A stretch of DNA of 64,000 nucleotides. Origin: an uncultured delta proteobacterium (GTDB lineage: Bacteria > Myxococcota_A > Polyangia > Fen-1088). Made by a program: the position numbers and the translations under genes. The first letter of the stretch is position 1. Each line of letters begins with the position of its first letter. Below, piece after piece: positions 44,770 to 53,855 of the stretch. Location: assembly GCA_963796685.1 (NCBI GenBank), contig CAWCMR010000013.1, positions 64,001-128,000 on the forward strand, written 5' to 3'. The notes beneath the pieces are model-generated. The model saw only the letters and a list, made by a program, of their open reading frames with translations. It was not told the DNA's origin and did no database searches.

Positions 44770-46095
44770 ATGGGCAAGGATTCGCGTCAGCAATTGATCG
44801 AGAGCCTCCGCGCCAAGGGGGGCAAGGCGATTCCCACGTCCGCGTTCGGCCGATTGCAAAAGACCGCCACGGCAGCGGCTCGGCTGGGCCTGGGCGCGCT
44901 GGCCGGCCGGCTGCGCGGCGAGGAATTCAACTTCGGCTCGCTGTCGCCCGAGGCCTTGGTCAGGCTGATTGAGACCATGGGCGAGCTCAAGGGCGTGGCC
45001 ATGAAGGCCGGGCAGATCCTGTCCTATTTCGACGGCTCGTTGCCGCCCGAGGCGCGGCGTCTTCTGTCGGTGTTGCAGGTGATGTCCCAGCCCACGGCCT
45101 TTGCGCTCATCCAACGCACCATCACGGAGGATCTGGGGGCGCGCGGCCGGGCGTTGCTGGCGCGCCTCGAACCGGAAGCCGTCGCCAGCGCGTCGATCGG
45201 TCAGGTCCATCGCGCGCTTCTCGAAGACGGCAGGCGCGTGGCCGTCAAGGTCCGGCACCCCGGCATCGAGGAGGCGATCCGCGCCGATTTCAAGACCGCC
45301 GCCGTCGGCAGCTTCTTTGCTCACCTCGCAGTTCCCGGCGCCCATGTCGAGGACTTCATGGAGGAAGCCGAGGCGCGCTTTCTCGAGGAATGCGATTATG
45401 CGCTGGAGGCGCGCCGGCAGATCCGCTTTGGCGAGATCTATGCCGGGCATCCCTCCATCGCCATCCCGGCAATCCACCGCGACCTGTGCGGGCCACGGGT
45501 TCTGACCTCCACCTGGCACGACGGCGCCGGTCTCGAGGCCTTCCTTGGTTCGGCGCGCTTCGCCGCCGAACGGGTACGGGCGGCGCGCTCTCTCTATGAG
45601 TTCTACGTCGGCACCCTGTACCGCAACGGCCTGTTCAACGCGGATCCCCACCCCGGCAATCTGCTCTTTGCTCCCGACGGCCGCGTGACCATCCTCGATC
45701 ACGGCTGCGTGCGTGAATTCGATCCCGACGTCGTGACCTGGCTGGCGCGGCTGTCGCGGGCGGTCCGCGCGGACGATCCGCAGCAGATTCAAACCGCGCT
45801 GGTCGCTGTCGGCATGTTCGAGCCCACGCGTGATTTCGCCGTCACGAGGGCGATGCTGCGCGGGTTCTACGCGCCCCTGCTCGAATCCGGACGCCACAGG
45901 GTCGAGCCCGACCAGGCTATTTCCATGGCGCAGGTGGCGAAGCTGAAGAAGAGCCTTTTGCGCATGCGCCTGCCGAGCAAGCTGATGTTCTTGTTTCGCA
46001 TTCGCATTGGCCTCTACGCCGTGCTGGCGCGCATCGGCGCCAAGCTGGATTGGATCGAGCTCGAAGAAGAGCTGGCCGATCCGGCGGCGGGCTGA
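44770..46095 (+). CDS. ABC1/AarF/UbiB-family atypical kinase
   Basis: MKAGQILS, ASASIGQVH, VAVKV, FNADPHPGN, LDHG. Confidence 0.92.
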   Translation: MGKDSRQQLIESLRAKGGKAIPTSAFGRLQKTATAAARLGLGALAGRLRGEEFNFGSLSPEALVRLIETMGELKGVAMKAGQILSYFDGSLPPEARRLLSVLQVMSQPTAFALIQRTITEDLGARGRALLARLEPEAVASASIGQVHRALLEDGRRVAVKVRHPGIEEAIRADFKTAAVGSFFAHLAVPGAHVEDFMEEAEARFLEECDYALEARRQIRFGEIYAGHPSIAIPAIHRDLCGPRVLTSTWHDGAGLEAFLGSARFAAERVRAARSLYEFYVGTLYRNGLFNADPHPGNLLFAPDGRVTILDHGCVREFDPDVVTWLARLSRAVRADDPQQIQTALVAVGMFEPTRDFAVTRAMLRGFYAPLLESGRHRVEPDQAISMAQVAKLKKSLLRMRLPSKLMFLFRIRIGLYAVLARIGAKLDWIELEEELADPAAG

Positions 46096-46119
46096 GCTTG
46101 GCGCGTTCCCCGTAATTCC

Positions 46120-46317
46120 GCGAAAGCTCAGCGACGTCGCGAGGCGCTGGGCTAAAGGCACTGTGAACGACGCGCTCTGGTTGTGCTCGCAGCGTCCTAA
46201 GTGTCCGGCCACGGCCACGGCCACCCTTCATTGCCCTGCCAGGCGAGAGACCCAGCCTTGGAACACCGGGGGAGCGCCTAGGCACCCCGCGACGTCGTTG
46301 CGCTTGTCGCGTTTTTT
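46120..46317. other. About 190-nt rod-like inverted-repeat element (ncRNA or MITE candidate)
   Basis: 46120-46152 pairs imperfectly with 46276-46310 (core CGACGTCGCG/CGCGACGTCG); inner stem present; T6 follows. Confidence 0.4.
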
Positions 46318-46332
46318 GCGCGTTTCCCAGCA

Positions 46333-46361
46333 TTGACACCGGTGTGCGCCAGCGCAAGCAT
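46333..46361 (+). promoter_or_regulatory. Candidate sigma70 promoter of the AmmeMemoRadiSam locus
   Basis: TTGACA-N17-AAGCAT. Confidence 0.35.
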
Positions 46362-46417
46362 GCGCCCATGGGGTGCATAGGCAAAGAAACGTTCGGCGAG
46401 CGGCAACGGAAGCCAAT

Positions 46418-46527
46418 CACAGAGGGCACGGGGCGCACAGAGGTTGCGAAGGAAGAAAGGACTCAGCGCCTGGCTAGATCCTCCCCCCTTCCTTTCCGGC
46501 CTCTGCGCCCTCTGTGCTCTCTGTGGT
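46418..46527. repeat. REP-like CACAGAG.../...CTCTGTG inverted repeat
   Basis: CACAGAGGGCACGGGGCGCACAGAGG pairs with CCTCTGCGCCCTCTGTGCTCTCTGTG; half-copies at about 995-1020 and 33210-33240. Confidence 0.6.
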
Positions 46528-46548
46528 AAAGAATCCGAGTCTACTTCC

Positions 46549-48174
46549 ATGAAACGCTTCGCTCTCACCATCGCGTTTGTGGTCGGTGCCTGCGCCAAGC
46601 AACCGCGTAGCATGGCCGAGACCAAGACGGTTGCGCCGCCAGCGTCAGCCAAGGCGGCTTCCGCCGCGGAGACCAAGCGCATCCGGCGGGCACAGGTCGC
46701 GGGCTCGTGGTACCCAGGGGACAAGGAGCACCTCGCACCGTTCATCGATGAGGTGCTCGACGAGGTGAAACCTCCTAAGGTCGACGGCAAGGTCATTGCC
46801 TTGATCTCGCCGCACGCGGGCTATCGCTTTTCGGGCAAGGCGGCGGCGACGGGCTATGCCCTGCTGCGCGGGCAGGATATCCGGCGGGTGATCGTGTTGG
46901 CGATTTCCCACCACCTGCCGTTCCGCGGGGCCTCCATCCCGGACGTTACGCACTTCGAAACCCCGCTCGGGCTCATTCCCCTCGACAGCGCCGCCGTGGC
47001 GCGCCTGCGCCGCAGCTCGGTGGTCGGTGACGTCGAGCGGGCCGAGATGGGGGAACATTCACTGGAGATGCAGTTGCCCTTTCTCCAGCGTGTGCTGCCG
47101 AGCTTCAGCCTGGTACCCATCCTGGTAGGAGAAATGCGCGACGCGGACTACGCCGCGCTGGCCGATGTCTTGGCCGAGATCGTCGACGCGCACACCCTGG
47201 TCGTGGCTTCCAGCGATTTCACCCATCGGGGTGAGAACTACGGCTACGAGGTTCCGGAGGGCAAGGGAACGATTCAGGAACGGCTCGCCCGCGTGGACGA
47301 CGGGTCGGTCGAACAGATCCTCAAGCTGCGGCGACGCGGTCTGCTCGACCACGCGGAGCGAACCGGCACGACCATCTGCGGGCTGCATCCCATCGCGCTC
47401 TTGCTGGAGCTCCTCTCGAAATTCCCTGGCGTGCGCGGGCAGGTCGTCAGTCGTTACACGTCGGGCGACGTGACCTCGGATTGGTCGAGCAGCGTGACAT
47501 ACGTGGATGTGGCGTTCACGGGGAAATGGCCTGAGAATTCCAAACTGACGGCGGCCAGGGTAGGGGGAGAGAAGATGTTTCCACTCAGCGACGAAGATCG
47601 GACCACACTGTTGCGCTTGGCGCGGGCCTCGCTCGAGGCCTCCGTGCACAAGGGCGCCTTCGATGCGTCGGTCAAGAAGGCGGTTCCCATGACGCCATCG
47701 CTCGGACGCAAGGCCGGTGCCTTCGTCACCTTGAAGTGCAAGATGAACGACGACGGGCGCTGCGTGGGACGCGGGGACGACTTGCGCGGCTGCATCGGCA
47801 CCATCGAGCCCACGGACTCCGTGTACGACACGGTGGCCATGCGCGCGGCCAGCGCGGCGCTGGAGGACACGCGTTTTCCGCATACCGTCAGCGTGCCGGA
47901 ATTGCCCTTCATCACCGTCGAGATCTCGGTGCTGACGCCGCCCGTGCCGGTGAAGAGCGCCGAGGAAATCGTCATCGGGAAACACGGGATCATCCTCAGC
48001 TCGGGCTGGAGTCGCGCGACGTTCCTGCCCCAGGTCGCGTCCGAGCAGGGCTGGGATCGCGAGACCACGCTGCGCCACCTGGCGCGCAAGGCCGGGCTCG
48101 GCGAAGACGCATGGAAGAAGGCGGAATACCGGGTCTACGAAGCCATTGTTTTCGGCGAAGACCAACACCGCTAG
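46549..48174 (+). CDS. amrB: AmmeMemoRadiSam protein B (Memo) fused to protein A (AMMECR1), with lipoprotein signal
   Basis: MKRFALTIAFVVGAC lipobox; VAGSWYP, PHAGYRFSG, EHSLEMQLPFLQ, SSDFTH, TICG (Memo); GAFVTL, LRGCIG, EISVLT, ATFLPQVA (AMMECR1). Confidence 0.93.
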   Translation: MKRFALTIAFVVGACAKQPRSMAETKTVAPPASAKAASAAETKRIRRAQVAGSWYPGDKEHLAPFIDEVLDEVKPPKVDGKVIALISPHAGYRFSGKAAATGYALLRGQDIRRVIVLAISHHLPFRGASIPDVTHFETPLGLIPLDSAAVARLRRSSVVGDVERAEMGEHSLEMQLPFLQRVLPSFSLVPILVGEMRDADYAALADVLAEIVDAHTLVVASSDFTHRGENYGYEVPEGKGTIQERLARVDDGSVEQILKLRRRGLLDHAERTGTTICGLHPIALLLELLSKFPGVRGQVVSRYTSGDVTSDWSSSVTYVDVAFTGKWPENSKLTAARVGGEKMFPLSDEDRTTLLRLARASLEASVHKGAFDASVKKAVPMTPSLGRKAGAFVTLKCKMNDDGRCVGRGDDLRGCIGTIEPTDSVYDTVAMRAASAALEDTRFPHTVSVPELPFITVEISVLTPPVPVKSAEEIVIGKHGIILSSGWSRATFLPQVASEQGWDRETTLRHLARKAGLGEDAWKKAEYRVYEAIVFGEDQHR

Positions 48175-48397
48175 CCCGCATTGTTCACCACGATAGGCTT
48201 GCCGACGGGAATGCCTGAAGGGAGCGTTTCCTGTACCACGAAGAGTGGCGGGCTAGCTCGATTGTCATGGGAACCCTGGGAGGGTTCCCAAACCCTCCCG
48301 CGACGCTTCGCTGCCGGCAAAGCCGGCAGGCTCCGCACGCGTTTGCTAGCCCGCGCGGGATATCGTGTTAGCGCGACTCATGAGTAGTGCGGGCTAG
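48170..48397. repeat. Array of four alternating GCTAGCCCGC/GCGGGCTAG motifs enclosing hairpins
   Basis: Copies at 48170 (fwd), 48248 (rev), 48345 (fwd), 48389 (rev); perfect stems 48268-48290, 48278-48299, 48311-48329. Confidence 0.75.
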
Positions 48398-48422
48398 AAC
48401 GATCACGCGCTATACTTCGGGC

Positions 48423-49481
48423 GTGGCTGGGGACGAGAACAGATCGGATCGCCGCCGCTTTCTGCAGACCTTGGGCGCGGGTGCCTTGGCGGTCACGGGT
48501 TGCAGCTCGTCGTGCGCGGGCTCGCACGTGGCTCGTGTGCAATCCACGCTCGTTGCGACCAGGACGCAAGCAGCGCTCGCCAAGCTGCCACCGGGCAAGC
48601 CGCGCGTGGTGGTGGTGCGGGCCAAGAAGGTTCTCGGCGATGGCTACGATGCGGATCGCGGAGCCCTGCGCGCCATGCTCGAGGCCGGTTTGATGGCGCT
48701 GTCGGGAGAGAAGAGTGGCAGCGCCGCTCTTGCCCGATACGTTCGTCCGGGCGAGCGGGTCGGTCTGAAGATCAACGGTTTGGCCGGCCGCAAGGCCGCC
48801 ACCCACGTCGAGCTGGTGGACGAGCTCTCGGCGTTGCTCGGCAAGGCCGGCATCGACGGGCGCCAACAGATCGCGTTCGATCGGTTCGCGCGGGATCTCA
48901 GGGCGTCCGGCTTTTCCAGCCAACTGCAACGTGGCGACTATCGCTGTATCGGCAACGACGAGGCCGGCCACGAGGACGAGCTGGTGCAGATGCCGTCCTC
49001 GGCCTCGCGCCTGTCCCGCGTGCTCACGACCCAGGTGGACGCCGTGCTCAATCTCCCCATCCTCAAGCAGCACATGCTGGCGGGCGTGACCGGCGCGCTC
49101 AAGAACAACTTCGGCTGCATCCACAATCCCAACAAGATGCACCTCGACAACTGCGATCCGTACATCGCCGAGGTCAACGCGGTGCCGGCCGTGCGCGACA
49201 AGCAGCGATTGGTCGTCATGGATGCGCTCCGACCGGTGGTCGACAACGGTCCCTCGTATCAACCCGGCATGGCCGAGGTGGCGAATACCCTGCTCTTTGC
49301 CACCGATCTCGTCGCCGTCGACACGGTCGGCCTCGGCATCGTGGAAGACTTGCGCGCCAAGCGCGACCTGCCGAGCCTTGCCAAGGCGGGAATGGCGCCA
49401 ACCTATCTCGCCACCGCGAGCAGGATGGGACTTGGGGTGTCCGAACGCCCGGGCATCGAGATCGTAACAATCGAGGTTTAG
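48423..49481 (+). CDS. DUF362-domain protein with Tat (lipo)protein signal
   Basis: DRRRFLQTLG twin-Arg plus LAVTGC; VGLKIN, NLPILKQH...VTGALKNNFG, DLVAVD; TATACT 6 nt before GTG. Confidence 0.85.
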   Translation: MAGDENRSDRRRFLQTLGAGALAVTGCSSSCAGSHVARVQSTLVATRTQAALAKLPPGKPRVVVVRAKKVLGDGYDADRGALRAMLEAGLMALSGEKSGSAALARYVRPGERVGLKINGLAGRKAATHVELVDELSALLGKAGIDGRQQIAFDRFARDLRASGFSSQLQRGDYRCIGNDEAGHEDELVQMPSSASRLSRVLTTQVDAVLNLPILKQHMLAGVTGALKNNFGCIHNPNKMHLDNCDPYIAEVNAVPAVRDKQRLVVMDALRPVVDNGPSYQPGMAEVANTLLFATDLVAVDTVGLGIVEDLRAKRDLPSLAKAGMAPTYLATASRMGLGVSERPGIEIVTIEV

Positions 49482-49483
49482 CG

Positions 49484-50611
49484 ATGGTTTCCCGACGAGA
49501 CTTCTTCATCACCTGCGGCGGCGCGGGCTGCGCTTTGGCCGCGGGCCTTTCGGCAAGCAGCGTGCTTGGACCGTCGAGGCGGGCCTTCGCCGGCAGCACG
49601 CCGCGCGCCTTTCCTGCCCGCTTTTGGAAGAAGCTGCCGGAAAAGCGCATCGAGTGCGGGCTTTGCCCCAAGCACTGCAAGGTCGAGGATCGCGAGCGCG
49701 GCTTTTGTGGCGTGCGCGAGAACCACGACGGCGAGTACAAGACCCTGGTGTGGGGCCAGCCCTGCGCCGTGCACGTGGATCCCATCGAGAAGAAGCCGCT
49801 CTTTCACTTCCTGCCAGGCAGCCGCGCTTTTTCCGTCGCCACCGCGGGGTGCAACCTGGAGTGCAAGTGCTGCCAGAACTGGGACATCTCGCAGTCGAAG
49901 CCCGAAGACGTCGACTTCCAATTCATGCCGCCAGACGAGGTGGTGCGCGGGGCCAAGGACTACGACGCCTGCGTGACCTTCACCTATTCCGAGCCCATCG
50001 TCTTTCTCGAATACTGCATCGACACCGCCAAGGCCGCGCGCAAGGCCGGGGTGCGCACCACCATGGTCACGGGCGGCTCGGGCGAGGCCGAGCCCATGAA
50101 GGAGGTGCTGCAATACCTCGACGCCGTCAAGGTCGACCTCAAGGGCTTCACCGAGGACTACTACCAGCGCCTGTGCAAAGGCAAGCTCAAGCCCGTGCTC
50201 GACACCCTCGAGGTCATTCGCGCCAGTGGCGTGTGGCTCGAGCTGGTCCACCTGTGCGTGCCCGGTCAGAACGACAGCGAGCCCGAGATCCTCGCCATGT
50301 GCCGCTGGGTGAAGACCCACCTGGGCGCGGACGTGCCGGTGCACTTCACGCGCTTTCACCCGGAATACCAGATGAAGAACGTGCCCCCCACGCCCAACGC
50401 CACCCTGGTCCGCTGCCGCGAGATCGGCCTGGCCGAGGGGCTGCACTTCGTCTACACCGGCAACGTGCCGGGCCTGGCCGGTGAGGACACCTTCTGTCCG
50501 AAATGCGGCAAGGTCGTGGTCGCGCGGCGGGGCTTCGAGCTGGAGGCCGTGCACCTGAAGGCCGGCCGCTGCGAGTTTTGTGGCACTGTCATTCCCGGGG
50601 TATGGAGCTAG
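49484..50611 (+). CDS. amrS: AmmeMemoRadiSam radical SAM enzyme with Tat signal
   Basis: SRRDFF twin-Arg and AFA cleavage site; CGLCPKHC...CGVR; DPIEKKPLFHF; CNLECKCC (CxxxCxxC); RFHPEY; YTGNV; CPKC...CEFC. Confidence 0.94.
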   Translation: MVSRRDFFITCGGAGCALAAGLSASSVLGPSRRAFAGSTPRAFPARFWKKLPEKRIECGLCPKHCKVEDRERGFCGVRENHDGEYKTLVWGQPCAVHVDPIEKKPLFHFLPGSRAFSVATAGCNLECKCCQNWDISQSKPEDVDFQFMPPDEVVRGAKDYDACVTFTYSEPIVFLEYCIDTAKAARKAGVRTTMVTGGSGEAEPMKEVLQYLDAVKVDLKGFTEDYYQRLCKGKLKPVLDTLEVIRASGVWLELVHLCVPGQNDSEPEILAMCRWVKTHLGADVPVHFTRFHPEYQMKNVPPTPNATLVRCREIGLAEGLHFVYTGNVPGLAGEDTFCPKCGKVVVARRGFELEAVHLKAGRCEFCGTVIPGVWS

Positions 50612-52779
50612 TCGCCACCTCCGGGGTCCGCCGAGCCGTCACGGTTGCCGTCGCGGCCGCGGGGTTCGCCGCGCTGCTGGCGCAAGTGGTCCTGCTGCGC
50701 GAGCTCCTCGCTTCCTCGCAAGGCAACGAGCTGGTGCTGGGCATCGTGCTCGCGCTGTGGCTGCTGCTCGTGGGGCTGGCGAGCGCTCTCGGTGGGCGGA
50801 TGGTGCGACGGCCGGAACGGGCGGCACGATGGCTCGGCCGCTTGCTGCTGTTGGCGCCGTTGCTCCTCTTCGCCTCGCTGTGGCTGACCCGCTGGGCAGG
50901 GCCGTCGGCGCTGGGACAGACGCCGTCCATTTCGGTTCTGGTGGGCGTGTCGGTGGTCGCCCTGGCACCTGCGTGCCTGCTCGGCGGACTGTGTTTCGCC
51001 TGGGCCCTGGCAGCGCTTCCAGGCCAGGGTCGCGCCGCGGGCCTCTACGCCGCGGAGACCCTGGGCTCGGCCGTTGCAGGGGCCTTGTTTCACTTCTTGC
51101 TCGCCGATCGGCTCTCCAGCTCATGGATCGTGCTCCTCGCGGGGGCCGGCTGCGTGGCGGCGAGCCTTCCCCTGGCCTTTGGGCGCAGATGGGTCGGCGT
51201 CACGACCGGCGTGGCCATGGTGGCGCTGTCGGCAATCGCCTGCCCAGCGCTCTCCACGGCCCTGGCGACGGCCCGCTTCCCGGGCGAGCACGTCCTTGCC
51301 CTGCGGCCCTCACGCTACGGGCTGCTTGCCGTCGTCGAGCGCGGCGGGCAGCGGGTGTTCTTTCACGACGGCGAGCTGTTGTTCACCAGCGAGGACGAAA
51401 TCGCAGCCGAGGAAAGCACGCACCTGCCTCTGCTTCTGCACCCGAATCCGCGACGGCTCTTGCTCGTGGGCGGCGGTCTCGGCGGGGGTCTCGTCGAGGC
51501 GCTCAAGCACGAGCCCGACCGCATCGACTACGTGGAGATGGATCCGGGCGTGTTTCCGCTCGCGCACAGGTTCGCCGACGAGGCCACGCGGGCCGCGCTC
51601 GCGGATCCCCGTGTTCACGCGGTGGCGGCCGATGCACGGCAGTGGCTACGCGAATCGGTCGGCCGATACGACGTCATCGTCATCAACCTGCCGATCCCCG
51701 AGAACGCGCTCCTGGCACGCCTGCTCAGCCGCGAATGCTTCGAGGACGCCCGTCGCGCCCTGGCCGCAGGTGGAATCTTGGCCCTGGCCACGCCCGGATC
51801 GGACGCCTACCTCGACGCGGGCGCCAGGCAACGGCACGCCTCGCTCCTGGCTGCGCTCGACGCCGTCTTCCCCGCCGTGGGCGTGGCCCCTGGCGGCCAA
51901 ACCATCCTGTGGGCGGCCGAGAAGGATGTGGATGCCCGACCGACCGTGCTGGCAGCGCGCCTGGGGCAGCGCGGGCTTCATCTCGCACAAGTCGGGAAGA
52001 CCTGGCTTTTCGATCGCCTGCTGCCCTTTCACGCCCGGGACTACCGCCGAGCCGTCGCGACGGCCCTTCCCATCGAGAATCGCGACTTTCGTCCCGTGGT
52101 GTACCTCTTCGGCCTCATCGAGACCTTGCAGCGTTTTTCGCAGCCGGTGGCCCGATCCGCGCTCGTGCTCGCGCGCGCGCGGTGGACGCCCTGGGTGCTC
52201 TTGGCCGCTGTGCTCGGCGGAGCGGCAGCGTTCGTTGGGCTCCGGCGCGGACGGCCCGCCCCTGCCTTCGCCGTGGAGGCCTCCGGTGCCGCGGGAATGG
52301 CCTTGCAGTTGGTTTTGCTCCTCGCCTTTCAAGCCCTGCGCGGAAGCCTCTACCATGCCATGGGAGGGCTCATCGCCGGCTTCATGGCCGGCATGGGCGT
52401 TGGCGCGCTGGTGGCGGGGCGATTCCTCGGCCGGCCGCGTGTGCTCGCCCGCGCTTGCGCGGGGGCGGCGGGGGCGGGGCTGCTGACTGTGTTGGCCCTC
52501 GAGCTTGGGCGTGCGTTTCCCGGTTGGAGCGCCACCCTCATCATCCTTGCCACCATCGTGGTGGGCGCCAGCGTGGGCGCGGTCTATCCCGTGGCCGTGC
52601 ACGTGGCCAAGCTCCCCAACGCCGCCTCACGGCTCTATGCCTGGGATCTCGCGGGCGCATCCATCGCCGCGGCGTTTGTCGCTCTGGTGGCCATTCCGCT
52701 GCTCGGGCTGGCCGAGGTAGCGCTGCTCTCGGCGGTCCTTTGCGCGGCGGCGGCGGTGGCGAATCTCGGATCAGCTTGA
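50602..52779 (+). CDS. Membrane protein with spermidine-synthase-like SAM-binding domain between two TM bundles
   Basis: QVVLLRELL...GNEL, LYAAETLGS, PLLLHPNP, LLVGGGLGG, VEMDP, YDVIVINLP, ENRDFRP, LYAWDLAG. Confidence 0.88.
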   Translation: MELVATSGVRRAVTVAVAAAGFAALLAQVVLLRELLASSQGNELVLGIVLALWLLLVGLASALGGRMVRRPERAARWLGRLLLLAPLLLFASLWLTRWAGPSALGQTPSISVLVGVSVVALAPACLLGGLCFAWALAALPGQGRAAGLYAAETLGSAVAGALFHFLLADRLSSSWIVLLAGAGCVAASLPLAFGRRWVGVTTGVAMVALSAIACPALSTALATARFPGEHVLALRPSRYGLLAVVERGGQRVFFHDGELLFTSEDEIAAEESTHLPLLLHPNPRRLLLVGGGLGGGLVEALKHEPDRIDYVEMDPGVFPLAHRFADEATRAALADPRVHAVAADARQWLRESVGRYDVIVINLPIPENALLARLLSRECFEDARRALAAGGILALATPGSDAYLDAGARQRHASLLAALDAVFPAVGVAPGGQTILWAAEKDVDARPTVLAARLGQRGLHLAQVGKTWLFDRLLPFHARDYRRAVATALPIENRDFRPVVYLFGLIETLQRFSQPVARSALVLARARWTPWVLLAAVLGGAAAFVGLRRGRPAPAFAVEASGAAGMALQLVLLLAFQALRGSLYHAMGGLIAGFMAGMGVGALVAGRFLGRPRVLARACAGAAGAGLLTVLALELGRAFPGWSATLIILATIVVGASVGAVYPVAVHVAKLPNAASRLYAWDLAGASIAAAFVALVAIPLLGLAEVALLSAVLCAAAAVANLGSA

Positions 52780-53805
52780 GGGGAGCCGCCAAGCGGATTC
52801 GTGCTCGGCCATCCATGCCAGCACGGATTCGAAGGTATCGCTGGCGCCGACATCCGCCGCCATCAGACTGGGCGAAACGTAGCGAAGGCCCTCGCTCTCC
52901 GTCGAGCGATGGAAGACGCTGCGGTCGTTCGGCTTGACCAGGACGACGTTCCCGACGTCATCGGCTGTCTGCAGCTTGAACTGGGCCGCCGCTTCCGCGA
53001 TGTCGTCGACGTACAACACCGCCACGTCCGGGTGAGCGCGCGCCGCGAGCCTGGCGAAGGCGAGCTCGCCGGTCAGGGCGTGCAGGAAGCCGCTTCGACT
53101 CAGGCGGGTCAGCAGGTCAGGTACGCCGCGCGGGCATCGATGACGGGTCTCGGCGCCGCGCGACCACAAGGGGGCGTCCAGCGACCAGCGCCGGAGCACC
53201 TCCGGCCAGTCGACAGCCTCAATCTTGCCGCGCAGCTTGCGGCGAAGCAGCCCGGCCTCCGCCAGGAACGCGACCATGCGCGAAGCGCAGCTCGTCTCCA
53301 CGCCGGCCCTTTCGGCCAGCGCGCCGAGTGCGTAGGGCGGTGTCAGGTCGATCAAGGCGCGCGCCACCCGTCCGGCCATCTCCCCGCTTAGGGAGCGCGC
53401 CGAGTGCTCGCCGCCGCCTGCGCTACCCGTGCCAGCGCGCTCGATGCACAGGTCGAGGTCGGCAAACCCGATCTGGATGTTGCCGGTCAGATCCCAATAG
53501 CCGATGCCGAACCCGCGCAGCCGTTCCCGGACTACGGGGGATAGGTAGGTCGACACCAGCAGCACCGGGTTGCGCGTGCGTGCGGCGCTCGCCGCAATGG
53601 TGCCCAGGTCGCGTGATTCGACACGGCGACGGGCCAGCACCAAGCAGGTGACCTTGCCCCGGGCACGATCGCGCACGACGATCCATTCGCCGACCTCGCT
53701 TGGACGCTTGTTCAGGCTCGATGGCGCCAGGGAGCAGCCCTTGGGCAAGAGGTTGGCCAGGACCACGAGGCCTTCGCGCAGCAGCGTGTCGGTGGCGCCT
53801 GCCAT
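52771..53805 (-). CDS. Type IV TA AbiEi-like antitoxin / wHTH regulator
   Basis: YLSP..RERL..GIGYWDLTGN, HTH GALAERAGVETSCASRMV, LTGELA, GNVVLV, VSP. Confidence 0.55.
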   Translation of the reverse strand: MAGATDTLLREGLVVLANLLPKGCSLAPSSLNKRPSEVGEWIVVRDRARGKVTCLVLARRRVESRDLGTIAASAARTRNPVLLVSTYLSPVVRERLRGFGIGYWDLTGNIQIGFADLDLCIERAGTGSAGGGEHSARSLSGEMAGRVARALIDLTPPYALGALAERAGVETSCASRMVAFLAEAGLLRRKLRGKIEAVDWPEVLRRWSLDAPLWSRGAETRHRCPRGVPDLLTRLSRSGFLHALTGELAFARLAARAHPDVAVLYVDDIAEAAAQFKLQTADDVGNVVLVKPNDRSVFHRSTESEGLRYVSPSLMAADVGASDTFESVLAWMAEHESAWRLPSS

Positions 53806-53855
53806 GAAACCCGAATCGTAGGGGCGCCGCGGCCCAAGCTCAAGAGCAAGTTGGC

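Noticed and set aside
48170-48397. Mini CRISPR array
   Set aside because: Repeats are only 9-10 bp, alternate in orientation, unevenly spaced; no cas genes
48500-50611. 703-aa radical SAM fusion
   Set aside because: Upstream part is the DUF362 gene read off-frame; start is 49484
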